Shown here: in pieces, positions 13,286 to 26,310 of the stretch
Numbering within the stretch: position 1 is the first letter of the stretch
How the letters are laid out: each line of letters begins with the position of its first letter
Source: Octopus vulgaris
Lineage: Eukaryota
Direction: 5' to 3'
Assembly: GCA_951406725.2 (NCBI GenBank)
Contig: OX597817.1
Location: forward strand, 92,752,001 to 92,816,000
Length of the DNA: 64,000 nt
The notes under the pieces: generated by a model
What the model saw: only the letters and a program-made list of their open reading frames with translations
The model's database searches: none
What the model was told of the DNA's origin: nothing
Position numbers and translations under genes: made by a program

Positions 13286-16200
13286 TTTTTTTAATTTTTC
13301 CTCGGAGTATATCAAATATTTTTCTGTTGCTGCAAATCGTTGTGTGACTTCGTTTCCGTTTGTCTGCTTTGTTGTGTTACACGTAATATAATTGTTGAAT
13401 TGTTTTTGACCCAGTAATTTTCGCCCTTCGGGGTAGAAATTTTCTGTGTGTTTATTTTTTGTGTGAACTCTTAACCTGTATAGGTTATTTTTGAAAAAAA
13501 TTCTCTTGTCATTTGTGACAAGTTTGTGTTGTCTAATATGGAATTAGACTTAAGTTCGTGAGGGCGCGTGGCTTAGTGGTTAGGGCATTCGGCTCATGAT
13601 CGTAAGGTTGTGAGTTCGATTCCCGGCGACGCGTTGTGTCCTTGAGCAAGACACTTTATTTCACGTTGCTCCAGTCCACTCAGCTGGCAAAAATGAGTTG
13701 TACTTGTATTTCAAAGGGTCAGCCTTGTCACTCTCTGTGTCACGCTGATTATCCCCGAGAACTACGTTAAGGGTACACGTGTCTGTGGAATGCTCAGCCA
13801 TTTGCACGTTAATTTCACGAGCAAGCTGTTCCGTTGATCGTATCAGCTGGGACCCTCGTCGTCGTAACCGGCGGAGTCAAAGAAGACTTAAGTTCAAAAA
13901 AAGACTTTCCCGAGATGGGAGAAGGTATAACAACTGTTAAACAAAAGGAAACACAGGCAAAACCCAGTTTTTCAGAAGCCGTAGGTGGCGAAGTGGAAGA
14001 AATGGAGGTGTCAATGACTATTCAAGTTCAGACCGCTTGTGCAAAAAAGTGAAGAAACACGATTGGTACCGCCCCCTGAAACTTTACAGGCAATAAGGGA
14101 AAAAATGGTCACCTACAAGGTGTACAATATGACCGACGTAAAAAACGAAATGGTCGAAAAGTGTATGGCACCAATATGGAGTAAAGTTCGTCATGTCAAC
14201 CGAGGTGCAAGAAGCGCTACAGTGGAGGCGCATTTTGAGACGGCGGAAGAAGCAAGGCAAATTTCGACGCAAACGTTGAAAAACGAGAATATAATACTGC
14301 TACCCTTATATTTAGGGTGCAGAACAGCAAAAGTGACCCTAGAAGATATACCAAGGGGCTACGACGTGATGTGGGCGGCAACAGCGGTCATTTTTGATGT
14401 TGAATCAAAATTGACAATTTTGAGTATGAAGAGGAAAATTGCAAAACACTGGAGAGACCAGCAGCTGGAGATGATTATCCAGGTGGAAAATGCGACGCTG
14501 GAAAGCCTACCAGACAGAGTCTTCGTGGGGAGGGGCACTCCATACGAGTTTCGGTGGAAGGACGCAGGCCCAGATGTTTTAAGTGCGGACAAAAGGGCCA
14601 CGTTCGCTCCGTTTGCACAAAGAAAAATAATACGGGCAACGCACCCCCACACAAAACGCTGTGAAGAACGCAGAAAGCAGCAAAGTGGTGAACAAAGTAA
14701 CGACTGGCGAAAGCAAGGAGGAAAAAAAATAGGTCGAACTCCAAAAAGGAGGAAGACAAGAACGAAATGCAAAATGAGAAAGGAAAGGAGGAGGAAATTA
14801 ATACAACAAAAACAAATATAGAAGAAGAGATGGAATTCACGAACGTGTCGAACAAAAGGAAAAAATCCATCACCCCAGACTCCCCACCCGTAACAAAAAA
14901 AAACAACGCAGACGAACAAATTAAAAATATTCTCCAATCCCACCCCGGCGGTACTACATTTATAGGCCAGCACTTTAACAAACCCCAGCCCCCAACTGTA
15001 AAAGGGTTTAAGCCCAATGAAAAAATTATAGGATACACCACAAGGAACGAGAGAGCAGTAAAATTTGTGCAAGCAAGTACGCAGATCAGGTGCTACAAAG
15101 TGACCGAGAAGGAAGCGGAGTGGCGATATGCAAGGGTCGGCGAAAAAAGATGGAAAGGAAAAAACTTACAAGACCTCGTAAAAGCCGGCTTCATTAAGGA
15201 TGTCACCCAGGAGGTGACAACTGGGAAATTATACGTCAGCCCGGCAGCCACACCAACCCAGAGCCCGGTGGCAACGCCGGTGAAACGCCCAGCAGCAACG
15301 GCGAGTGTGTGGGAGACAGGCAGAAGGAATCTGTCAGGCTCCCTCTCGCAACCGTGAGTAAATAATTATCTTTTTTTTCGATGATTAAGTTAGGTTTATA
15401 AATATGCGTGGAATGGAATCGAAATGGAAACAGGCTTGTTTTCGGGACGACCTCATTTCACATAGAATCGATGTAGCTATTATTACCGAGTCCAAGATGA
15501 AAGGACCCCAAGCGTTCTCACCACTTGGACTTACAGGTAAGTACTGTCTTTCTGGACCCAGAAGGTAGGTTGGTTGTCCTAGATGTGACGCACGTGAGTA
15601 AGCAGTCCTTCAGGTTGGTGGCTGTCTACGCTCCTAATGGACGTGGGCAGACCGGTTTTTTTCGGGAACTGGAGCACTTTCAAGTGACGTCGAAAACGGT
15701 AGTCTTGGTAGGGGATTTCAACACCATTCTCGATGCGCGGGTGGATGGTGTAGGCTCGAGCGATAGGAAGGGGAATCCTGGCCTCAAGGCTCTACTAGCG
15801 AGCTTTAATCTAGTAGACCGTTTTCGACTGGATGAGACGAACGTTCCACAGTGGACGTGGAGTAATATCGACGGCTCACGCAGATCGTACATAATTAGAG
15901 TATTTGTTAAGGAACGAGATAGGAATAGTGTTAGCTGTCCACAATTCGCTGTTGTGCCTTACACGGATCACAAACTTGTGACGTGTGAGGTACAGGTAGA
16001 TAAATGCCATAGACAAGGTCCCGGGTACTGGAAAATGAACAAGTCTATTTTGACTTGTGAAGCTTTCCGTACCCGGATTAAGAAATTAGTACAGAGGGCA
16101 TTATGTGGCACCATCATTAATAATAGATGGTGGCTCGCCCTCAAAAGAGCCATCCGTTTGGAGTCCATTAGATTTAGCAAGCAGCTAAGTTTAGATAGGA

Positions 16201-19020
16201 CTAGAATAGGGGGCGAATTAGTTAAGAACTTAGACGAGGCTATGGAATCTGGCTGTGCATCCGGAGTGTTGGCAGCGAGAGCGGTATTGTACCATCATCT
16301 CAACGCCAAGCACGAGGGGTGTAGAGTCAGCTAAGTTACGTGCAGGAAAACGAGAAGGTATTAACGTTGCCGGATGGGCCCGTCGTGAGGAGAGTCAGAA
16401 GGGCAAAAAGTCCTGTATTATGTCCTTAACTGACGAGCAGGACCGCAAGATCTATGGACAGGAGGAGATGCAGAAGGTCCTTCACCAGCATTTCGCACGG
16501 CTGTTTGGGGGCGGTGGTCCGCTCGAGCGTGGGGAGACCTTAAAGGACTTCCTAGCTGGTGAGCCTCGATTCTCGGCAGGTGAGGCGGAGTGCTGTCAAG
16601 GATCGATCTCTCCCGCGGAGGTAAGAGGGGTTATGGCCGAGTGCGCCGGGGAAAAGTTGCCGGGGTTGGATGGTCTGCCCTATGAATTTTATTGTTGTAT
16701 GCCGGACTTTTTCGGAGACATACTGGCAAGCGTCTATGCAAACTGGCAACAGAATGGGAGGATTCCCAGCTCTGTGAGTCGGGGAGTTGTGACGCTTGTC
16801 CAGAAAGCAAGGGGGACAGTATTAGTAATTATAGGCCCATAACTCTACTTAATGTAGAGTTTAAGATTTTGGCCAAGGTGTTAGTAAAAAGGCTGACGGC
16901 TGTCGTGGAGAAACTTGTCGGGAAGGCACAGACATGTGCAATCCCAGGCAGGTCGATCCAGGATAATCTTCATCTTCTTCGCTACACTATAGATAGGGTC
17001 GGGAAATTAGACGGCAAAGGAGGGGCATTGGTCCATTTAGACCAAAGTAAAGCGTTTGATAGGGTAGACCATCGGTACTTGGCGGCGGGTCCTCGAAGCG
17101 GCTGAGCTGGGCCCTGGCTTCTGCGGGTGGATCTCAGCTATGTACAGCGGCATCAAGTCCACAGTCCAGATAAACGGTTACCTAACGGAGCCGTTTTCGA
17201 TCAAGCGTTCAGTTCGTCAAGGGTGCCCCTTGTCCCCGCTCCTGTATGTTTTGGCTCTTGAGCCATTGCTGCGGAAGCTGGAGAAGTTAGGAGGCAACCC
17301 TAATGAAATCGGATGCGGTAAGCCTGTTTCTGCCTATGCGGATGACGTCACCCTCATCGTGTCCAACGGAACACAGCTACCTCGGGTAGCAGGTGTTCTC
17401 CATGGATACGAAGCGGTGGCAGGGGCAAAAGTTAACAGGGACAAGTCCATCGGTTTGCGCCTCGGCACCTGGAGGAACAAGCCGATACCGTCCAGTGTTG
17501 TTGGACACTGGACGGATGGTCCTGTTAAATTGCTCGGAGTCTGGTTTGATCCAGACTCCCAGACGGAGAAGAATTGGAGCGAGGTAACGAGCAAGGTGGA
17601 TGCCATAGTACGGAAGTGGTCCGGAAGGCATCTTTCCTTGAAAGGGAGGGCGGAGGTGGCACAGATGTTTATAGCCTCTGTCGTCACCTACCGCCTGACC
17701 GTCGTGCCTTGCCCCGATTCGTGGTTAAACAAGTTGGAACGACTCCTTTTTCGCTTTTTGTGGAAAGGAGGAAAGCCGCTTGTGAGATGCTCCGTGTGTT
17801 GCCAGGAACCGCTAAAGGGTGGACTGGGGATGCCTTGGCTAATGATGCGCAAGCATGCGTTGAGGCTGAGACACCTCTGGTGTTACCTGGAGGATGATAA
17901 GGTGTGGAGTTCGCTGGCAGAGGAATTCTTCCCGCGACCGGCCTCTATGGAGGGATTTACACCCGGTCTCATTAAAGGACGTAACCTGACTTTATGGCAG
18001 AAGGAGTGCCGACAGGCACTCTGGCTGATCCACAAGATGGGCAAGGCCGGCAGCGGGAATACCACCTCGGTGTTCTATAAAGGGCTGGTAGAGGGGAAAA
18101 TGATGACGTCCTAGGAAGGGCTCTGGGGTTCGATGAGGATCAACTCTCCAACCTGTTTAAGAAGACTTTCAGGTCGGGGTATTTGGATAATTACCAAAAA
18201 TCCCTGACCTGGCAGTGCTATAGGAATGCATTACCTGTTCGCGAGAAGTTATCCAGGCACGGAATGTCAGTGCCACCGACGTGTCCAAGATGTGGGTTGG
18301 ACGATGAAACCGTTCAACACGCTTTTGTACAATGTCGGGAGCTGTCAGGCTTGATAAGTTACGTGGAACACGTGTTGTCGCATCTGGGACGAGTACAGCT
18401 GTCGGCTGAGTCTATGATTAAGATGATACCGCCAACTGGACTCTCAAAGGAAGGTAAGGCCTGTTTTTACTGTACGGTGGCAGTATTGAAAGAGTGTGTA
18501 TGGAGAACTAGATTGAAAGGTCTTGTGAAAGGGTCCTTTATCTCTGGCCCCGGTTTGTTAAAATACTTCGAATATCATCTGAAGAGCAAGATGGGGTTGG
18601 AGAAGAGGAGCCTGCCACAGAAAGAGTATATGGAACGTTGGAAGGATGTGATGAGAAAGGTGGGTGAGAGTAACCCAGCTTAATCATCGAGGAAAGGAAA
18701 AATCAGCTGCTGGGATTTATAGGCTGCCGGGTTCAAAATTGAAACTGGTACCTCCCATTCCCTTTCCCTGTACATAACTGTTTAAAATAAAGAAATAATA
18801 AAAAAAAACATACGCAGTAAAAGTTCTCGTGATAAAGGCAAAAGTAAGCCATGGTTTCGTTTCAAGGCAAAGCAAGCCAAGTTTTCGTTCAATTTACATA
18901 AAATTTTATTTTTGTAATTTTTATAATTTCATTCGAACTCGCATAGCATTTTTGTAATTGTTTTGTCCTGTAATGTACCCATTCTATGTCAGATCACTTG
19001 ATCATAATAAAGATAAACTC
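13286..19020 (+). mobile_element. Tx1-clade LINE B (full-length, disrupted), related to A
   Basis: ORF1 starts at ATG 13538 (MELDLSSKKDFPEM after removing the SINE) and ends 15357. ORF2 runs ~15381-18683. TSD at 13272-13285 and 19021-19034. Confidence 0.93.
13558..13883 (+). mobile_element. tRNA-derived SINE inserted in ORF1 of LINE B
   Basis: A box TGGCTTAGTGG and B box GAGTTCGATTCC. 12-bp TSD AGACTTAAGTTC at 13546-13557 and 13884-13895. Confidence 0.9.
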
Positions 19021-19030
19021 ATCGAAAACC

Positions 19031-19091
19031 GGTGATTGTCGTGCGCTGATGACGGGTCAATACCCAGAAACTGCAGTCCGTGCGCATCACT
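19031..19091 (+). ncRNA. Type I hammerhead ribozyme (minimal, palindromic stem III)
   Basis: CGTGCG-CTGATGA-CGGGTCAATACCCA-GAAAC-TGCA-GTC-CGTGCG. Distal stem I is GGTGAT/ATCACT. Predicted cleavage after C19078. Confidence 0.8.
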
Positions 19092-19440
19092 TAGGTTGAC
19101 GAGGGAAGGTTGACCTCCCTTTGCAAATACCAATAGGGCACAGAAAGTGTGCCTATAGCTAGCTGGAGGAGATGTTCTCCTACAAGCTACAGTAACACCC
19201 CATCCTTAGTGGTTAGCCATATTGAGATGGCAAATATACCTCATATATATATATATATATACAAGCATTAAAGACCCGTCGTTGCCGAGTCATAGTGCTA
19301 GTGCATGTATATATGTGTATATATATGTGTACATATTACATGTACATCTATATATATACATCTACACATAAAATGCAAAATTCAAAGTTATATCTTGATA
19401 TCGCTAGTGATTACAATACTCAAAATATATAACAGACTGG

Positions 19441-22400
19441 AATTGTTTTATTATTACCCACAAGGGGCGAACATAGAGGGGACAATACAACCTGATGTGA
19501 AGTCAGATATATGAATGGGTTTACACAAAAGGCGAATTTAAAAATTTACAAAAATTACAAAAATAGAAAAAATCGAATGGGGAACAGACCGGAAGACATT
19601 ACGGATGGAGTGGGAGCAGGTTCAGCTCGGACCCCACGAGCCCCGCCTCCCCACTGATACTTTGGTTTCGTCTAGTTTTACATTTATGTGGTATCATCCA
19701 CTCGCAACTTTCGTGCTACATCTTTCAATCGTTCTTCGTACACTCTCTTAGTCAGGCATTTTCTCCAGCCCTATCTTCCTTTTCAGGTGAAAGATGAAGT
19801 AATTCATCAAACCAGGGCCGGAGATGAACTTGCCTGACCGTAAACCTTTCATTCTCGTCTTCCATATCACCTCTTTCGAAATTGCTACTACAACGAGAAA
19901 ACAATTCTTACCTTCTTTCGCGAGGAAATCTGGTGGGTCAATTTCTGTAATAGACTCAGTCGACTGCTGTACTCTTCGTGTGCTTGACAACAGCTGTTCG
20001 GCATAAACCCACACCTCAGACACGACCGAACAATGAACAATAGCGTGCGGGACGGTTTCCCTATCCCGCTCGCATCTTGGACATATCGGACTGTCTTGGC
20101 CACCGTGCCTTGCGAGTTTATCCCGAACAGGTACAGCTCCTCTGTAGCATTGCCATGCCAGAGACTTCTGGAAGTTGTCCAGTGTCTTCGGCTCGAACGT
20201 ACGTCGGAACAGACTGGTCAGCTGATTATCGTCGAGACCTAGGGTTTCCCCCAAGGTATCTTCACATTCCGTCTCTACCAACCCTCTATAGAAGAATGTG
20301 GTGGAACCTCCACCGCAGGCGTTGCCCGAGTGACGGAATAGCAGGGGAGCCTTGCGACACTCCGTGTACCATGTGCCCAGTTTCGATCTACGATTTAGCC
20401 AGTTTTCCCATCCACCGAAACTAGTGAACTTGGTAAACATCAGTTTTGCTAGCGGAGACCACACCCGTTCACCATCCAGGTAGAGCCACAGATGTCTTAA
20501 CCTCAGCGCATGTCTGCGCATCATCAGCCAAGGCATCCCTAGCCCACCCTTTAACGGTTGTTGACAGCAAGTAGAGCGTTTCTCAAGTGGTTTCCTGCCA
20601 TTCCACAAGACGTAGAAGAGCAGTCTTTCCAACTTGATCAACCACGAATCAGGGCAAGGAACGACGGAAAGGCGGTAGGTGATAACCGATGCGATGAACA
20701 CATTGGCTACCTCCGCCCTCCCTTTCAGGGATAGCCACCGCCAACACCAGGTCTTGGTTACTGCAGCCACCCTGCTCGATACCTCGCCCCAATTCTTCTC
20801 TATTTGGAGGTCTGGACCGAACCAAACCCCTAGCAACTTAATCGGACCCTCCGTCCAACGTCCCACGACGCTGTCAGGAGGCATCGACTTGCCTCTCCAG
20901 GTGCCGAGTTGCAAGCCGACTGACTTTTCACGATTAACTTTTGCTCCTGTCACTGTCTCGTAAACCTCTATGGCCTTGCCTACCCTCTGTAGGTGATCCA
21001 TTTCGGTTACGATGATGGTGATGTCATCCGCGTACGCTGACACCGATTTTCCACTACCTGGCTGTCTCGGGATACCGCTCAGTTTTCGCAGTAATGGCTC
21101 AAGAGCCACCTCGTACAAAGCGGGGAGAGCGGACACCCTTGACGAACCGAGCGCTTGATGTTGAACGGCTTCTTGTCGAAGCCGTTCACCCGAACTACCG
21201 AGTCGATGTTGTCGTAAATTTGGATAATCCACCTGAGGAAGCCAAGGCCCAGCCCGAACTGTGCCAGGGCAGATACCAGGTAGCGATGGTCGACCCTATC
21301 GAATGCTTTAGATTGGTCTAAATGGACCAGTGCCCCACACTTGCTAGAATCACTATTAAACCCCTCTATAGTGTACCGAATAAGATGGAGATTATCCTGA
21401 ATGGTTCAGCCGGGAACGGCACATGTCTGTGCCTCCCCGATCAGTCCATCCGCGACACGCGCCAATCTTTTCGATAACACTTTGGCCAAAATCTTCAACT
21501 CTGTGTTTAGCAGAGTGATGGGCCTGAAATTATCAATGCACTCCCCCTTGCTCGGGTCCTTTCTGACGGGTGTCACTACTCCACGGCGCACAGATCTGGG
21601 TATGAACCCGTTCTGCTGCCAGATCGCATAGGTGCCCGAACAAGTCTGGCATACTCTTATATAACTCATAGGGTAGACCATCTAAACCCGGCGCCTTGCC
21701 CGCGCCGCAGTCCGCCATCGCCTCAACCACCTCCCCAGGCGTGATTGGCCCTTCACAGCCCTCCGCATCTCGCCCCGATAAGCGCGGCAGCCCGTCGAGG
21801 AGGTCCGTAAAGGCCCTCCTCCTATCCAGTCCTCCGCCCTCACCGAAAAGCTGAGCGAAGTGCTTCTGAAAGGCCTCACACATCTCCTCGGGCTTGTTTA
21901 TCAACTCATCTTGTTGGTTCGTCATAGATCGAATCGTGGCGTCGTTACCACGCTGAGCTTCCACCACTCGGGCCCATCTCACGGCGTTGATTCCTTCACA
22001 ACCCATTGCGCGGATCCTAGCCCTGATAATGCAGCCCATGTGTTTGGCCTCGAGGTGCTGGTTTAACGCCAGTCTCTTGGCCGTCACCTGAGCCACAGAG
22101 CCAGTTTTCAAGGTTTCCTCTAATTCCTTAACTAGAGTAGATTCCCTCCTAGCCTCTCTAGCCACTAATCCTATGCTATATTTAATAGACTCGAATTTGA
22201 TGGCTCGCTTGAGGGCATACCACCATTTGTTATTAATGATGGCACCAGATAGCGCCCTCTGAATTATAGTCCTAATCCGGTCTCTGTACTCCTTAATCGC
22301 CAAAAGGGACGTATTAAGTTTCCAATAACCGGAGCCTCTATTTTTAACCTTATCTATGTCAAGCTTACAGGTGACCATTTTATGATCACTGTAGCTGACC

Positions 22401-24522
22401 AGGTAAAACTGTGGACACTTAGCTATTTTTCTGTCTACTTTTCTAATTAGTATCCTATCTATGTATGACCTGGAAGATCCGTCGCTGTTTGACCATGTCC
22501 ACAATGGAGCGTTCGGAAATTCCAACCTATAAGGATCTGCTAGCTCAAAGCGGCTTAGCAGTTCCAGGAAGCCAATGTTACCTTTTCTATCTGGACGCAA
22601 GCCAACACAATCTACATCCGCTTTGCAAATTGTGTTAAAGTCTCCTAGCACAACTAATGAATGCGAAGTACCAAGAAAGTTTTCCAGTTCTCGAAAATAA
22701 TCACTTTGCCCTGTATGGTTGGGTGCGTAAATTGCAACCAGTCTGATAACTTTACAGTTACTGAATGTCAAATCCATGACGACCAGCCTACCTTCTGGGT
22801 CTGAAAAAATTAACCTTTTCTCAAAAACCCGGTTTCTTTTTAATAGGACCAACACTCCACCCCCGCCGGTAGGACTGGCCGGAGAGAAAAAACTCTCGTA
22901 GCCGTCAAACAGCGGGAGTAGACCTCTTGGCCCCTCTAAGCGGGTTTCTGTAGCAACAATAACATCCAAATTACGCGACCTGATATCATTAAGGAAGCGA
23001 CCTTGCTTCCGGCTTGATCCCAGGCCCCGCACATTTAAACAGCCAACATAAATGCAATCCATGACTTACCTTATATCAGTGGTTCGACTTGTTTTTCTTC
23101 TTCTTCTTCACTTTTATTTTTTTCCCGGGCTCGTGGGGGAGTCCGACGCAGGCCCTCGTATATATGGAGATATGTCCATTCTCAGAGGGCCCACGTCGTT
23201 AAAGAATTCGGATTTTATCCGTCCGTAATCCTTCCGGCCTATTCTATAAACAATACAGTCTTTTGTTTTTTTTTATTTTTTCCACCTTGGCCATGGCTGC
23301 CAAAACGTTAATTAGCCTGTTGTTGGCTGCCTTAATGGCCATAAATGTATTCGTCGCTTCTTTTCTCTTTTTTTGTCTCTCTTTCTGAGGGGTGGTTTCT
23401 GTTTTCCGTTTTTCTTTTTGTGATTTTTGACCACCCCTCCTCTTTTTCCTTTTCTTCGCCGCTTGTTGTTTCTGTTGCTTCTTTGGTTTCTGTTGATTCT
23501 TTATTTTCTGGTGTTTTCTCTTTTATTTTTTATTTTTCTGGCGGTGCTGCTTCCTGCGGTCTAGGTTGGCACTCCGCTCTCACGTGTCCCTTTTTACCGC
23601 AGCCGAAGCACCTCGGCTTTCTGCCCTCCACAAACACTATCACCATCTCCTCCTCGCTGATCCTCAATGTCTCTGGAATTTCTTCCAATGTCTGTACTTC
23701 CGTCTGTATCACTATTGAAATGCGTTGGCCTTGCCAATGCCCCTCCTCCTCTACTGTAGCCTGGAGGATATTGATTTTGTCCTCCAGGCCTAACATGACT
23801 GCCGCCACCAGGCATGTGGCGTCTGCCTCTGGGGGAATGTTTCTTATTTTGATTTTCGAGGTCCTTCTGCCTCTGTACAGGGGGAGGTGGACCATATTAT
23901 CGGCTTTTAGTGGTTCAGTTGATAGCTTTTCAGGTATCTCCTTCTGTCCTGAACCTCACCTTTACCGTTCCAAATTTTCTTCCACGATTTATATAAGTGA
24001 TTTCCTGCCATATTGTCTTTAGGCAACTCTCAATTTTCTTTTCTTCCACTCTTTGAATGGACTTCGTTGTTGAGTTGTACGTTTTATAAATAATCCTTCT
24101 TTTTTCCACTTCCTCTATCTTACTGACGTCCGGTGTTACTGATACTTCTGTACCTTCCTTTTTCAGACATGCCGTATATTTTTCCAGGTTGCTTCTTTCC
24201 GTATTAATTGTCTTCAGTTTCTTGCCCGCAACTTCAGAAAACTTCTTAGCTGGGGCTTCTTCTGCTTTCGGCGACACCGCCGGTGAGCTTTCTTCACCTG
24301 ACACAGGTGAATAGGAGATGAATAGATTTTTAAATGTGTTCCACACTAAATGTTCCACAGTAATTCCGCCCCGGGGGGGGGAGGGGAATTAAATACGTAG
24401 CCTTCGCGTGAAGGCTAATGACAGTCTTATACAGAAGACACTATATATCAATCAAAGTAACAGTAATTAAATTAACAAACCGGTATCAACAAAGTAGCAG
24501 CAAATGACAAAACAGACTGGCG
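19441..24522 (-). mobile_element. Tx1-clade LINE C (full-length autonomous type, disrupted)
   Basis: ORF1 ~24358-23070 (CFGCGKKGHVRAEC) and ORF2 23062-19748 (APE, RT YADD, CPRC knuckle). 13-bp TSD TATAACAGACTGG at 19428-19440 and 24523-24535. Confidence 0.93.
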
Positions 24523-24535
24523 TATAACAGACTGG

Positions 24536-26303
24536 AATGATTTTATTACTGTCCACAAGGGGCGAACATAAAGGGGACAATACAATAGGCGAACTTAAAA
24601 TCAGAAAGCGAATAAGAAAAGGAAAAAATAAAAGTAATAATGACATATGAAAGAATATTTACAATGAGATGTAAATGTCCACTCGATCTCCGGAATCAAG
24701 AGGTTACATTTTCGTCAGTTTTATCACAAATATTTCACCAAATTTTTTCTTTTTTTTTTCCTCTCACAATTTTACACATATTCTATGATTTTTTCTACTT
24801 CTCTGAAGTCCATCACTGAATCCTCAGGCAGCCGCTCTCTCACTCGAACCTTCGTGTAAAATATTACATTTTCCCCGGCAGCTCTGAAGAACTCGGCGAC
24901 TACTTCCTCGGGGATTAGGGCAGTCTCCTGCCACCGGTCGGTCATCCTGTTGATCCATACATGTCCCTCCGTTTTACTTGTTATGTCATTCATTACAGGG
25001 CAGAAATGGTAGGTTACTAACTTGTAGTAATAGTAATCTTGTTTCCGTCCTGCGTTTTCCTTCATCTTACTTTTCGGGCTTATTTCTTCCTTGTTCTCCT
25101 CTCTTTGTTTCTCTCTTTCTCTCTTTTTACCTTCTTTTCTTTCTCCTTCCTTCTCTTGTCTTTTTGGCTCTTTGTCTGTTTTCTCTCTTGTTTTATGTTC
25201 CTTTCCTGTATTTTCTTTTACCTTTTGTGTACCGTCCTTTCTTTTCGTTTGATTCTGATCCCTCTCTTGTTTTTTTCCTATTGTTTCTTTTTCCTTTTTT
25301 TTCCTGACTCTGTTTTCGTTCTATTTCTTTCTTTTCTTTTATTTCTTTTTCTTTCATTGACTTCTTATTTCCTTTCTCTTGTTGTTTTGTTTCCTTTTCT
25401 ATGCTTTCTTTCTCATTTACACTATTCTTCTTTTCTTCAAGTTCCTGCTCGCACTCCGCTACGAATTCATATAACGGGCACTGTTTTTTAATGTGCCCCC
25501 TTGTCCCACACAAGTAACAGTTTGGTTTTCTCCCCTCTACAATTACGCTGAGGGTTTTTTCCTCTTCAATTTCAATTCTGTAGGGAAACCTTTCAATATC
25601 CTCTTTTGTGGCCATCAGCCACAATTCTACCCCATATGCTCTCCAGTTTACCGCGTTGGACTCCTTAATTGATTCCACCTCCACTTCCTCTTCTGCTGCT
25701 CCTAGAATAGCTGTTGCCAGCCATTCTGTTTTCACTTCTGGGGGTATATTCGGGATTTTAACACGGACCCCTCTTCTTCCCTTGTATGAGGGCCACATTG
25801 TGAATTTTTGGGCTCTTAGTACGGTGGTAGCCAGTGAGGCCGCAATTTCCTCCGTTGCACATCTCACCTCCACCGTACCAAATTTCTTGCTTCTACTCAC
25901 GTAAGTTATTTTCCCCATTATGTCTCCCAGACATTTCTCAATTTCATCTATCTCCACTCTTGCCAGTTTCTTCGTATTCTTGTCTTGGGTTTTATATGTC
26001 ACCGTCTTGCTTTCTTTATCCTCTTTTGATTTCGCGGGGGGGATTAGCTTCACGCTATCACCCTCCATTTTGAAAAGCTTTTCATATTCTTTGAGTTTCT
26101 CCTTCTCAAGGAACACCTCCCTTACAATTAGCGACGAATCGCTATTTTTCCGGTGAACCCCGCGTAAGTCGCCATGATTAGAGGGTCAATTCACCTTCTT
26201 CGGAAGGTTTCCACACGTAGATGCAAACGCCTCACTCGATATCAAATCAAGTTACAAAGAAAAATTCACCGTCTTGTCACAACTAACAACACACACTCAA
26301 TGA
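24536..26303 (-). mobile_element. ORF1-only (HAL1-like) non-autonomous Tx1 element D
   Basis: ORF1 26175-24772 with frameshifts (RRM-like, CYLCGTRGHIKKQC, K/E linker, C-terminal domain). No ORF2. 3' terminus shared with LINE C. Confidence 0.85.
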
Positions 26304-26310
26304 AGGCTGG

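Larger units (their letters stand above)
8164..19243 (+). mobile_element. Retrozyme/PLE pseudo-LTR-like host element (~350-nt monomer: 8164-8341 plus 19021-19243) interrupted by two Tx1 LINEs
   Basis: 38-bp terminal direct repeat at 8164-8201 and 19206-19243 (36/38 identical). Contains TATAAATA, an HHR and serial hairpins, and ends at (TA)n. Confidence 0.7.

Noticed and set aside
13558-13630. tRNA gene (also ~37450-37520 and ~53900-53965)
   Set aside because: A/B boxes are present but there is no complete cloverleaf. These are SINE heads, and the 13558 copy has a SINE body and TSD.
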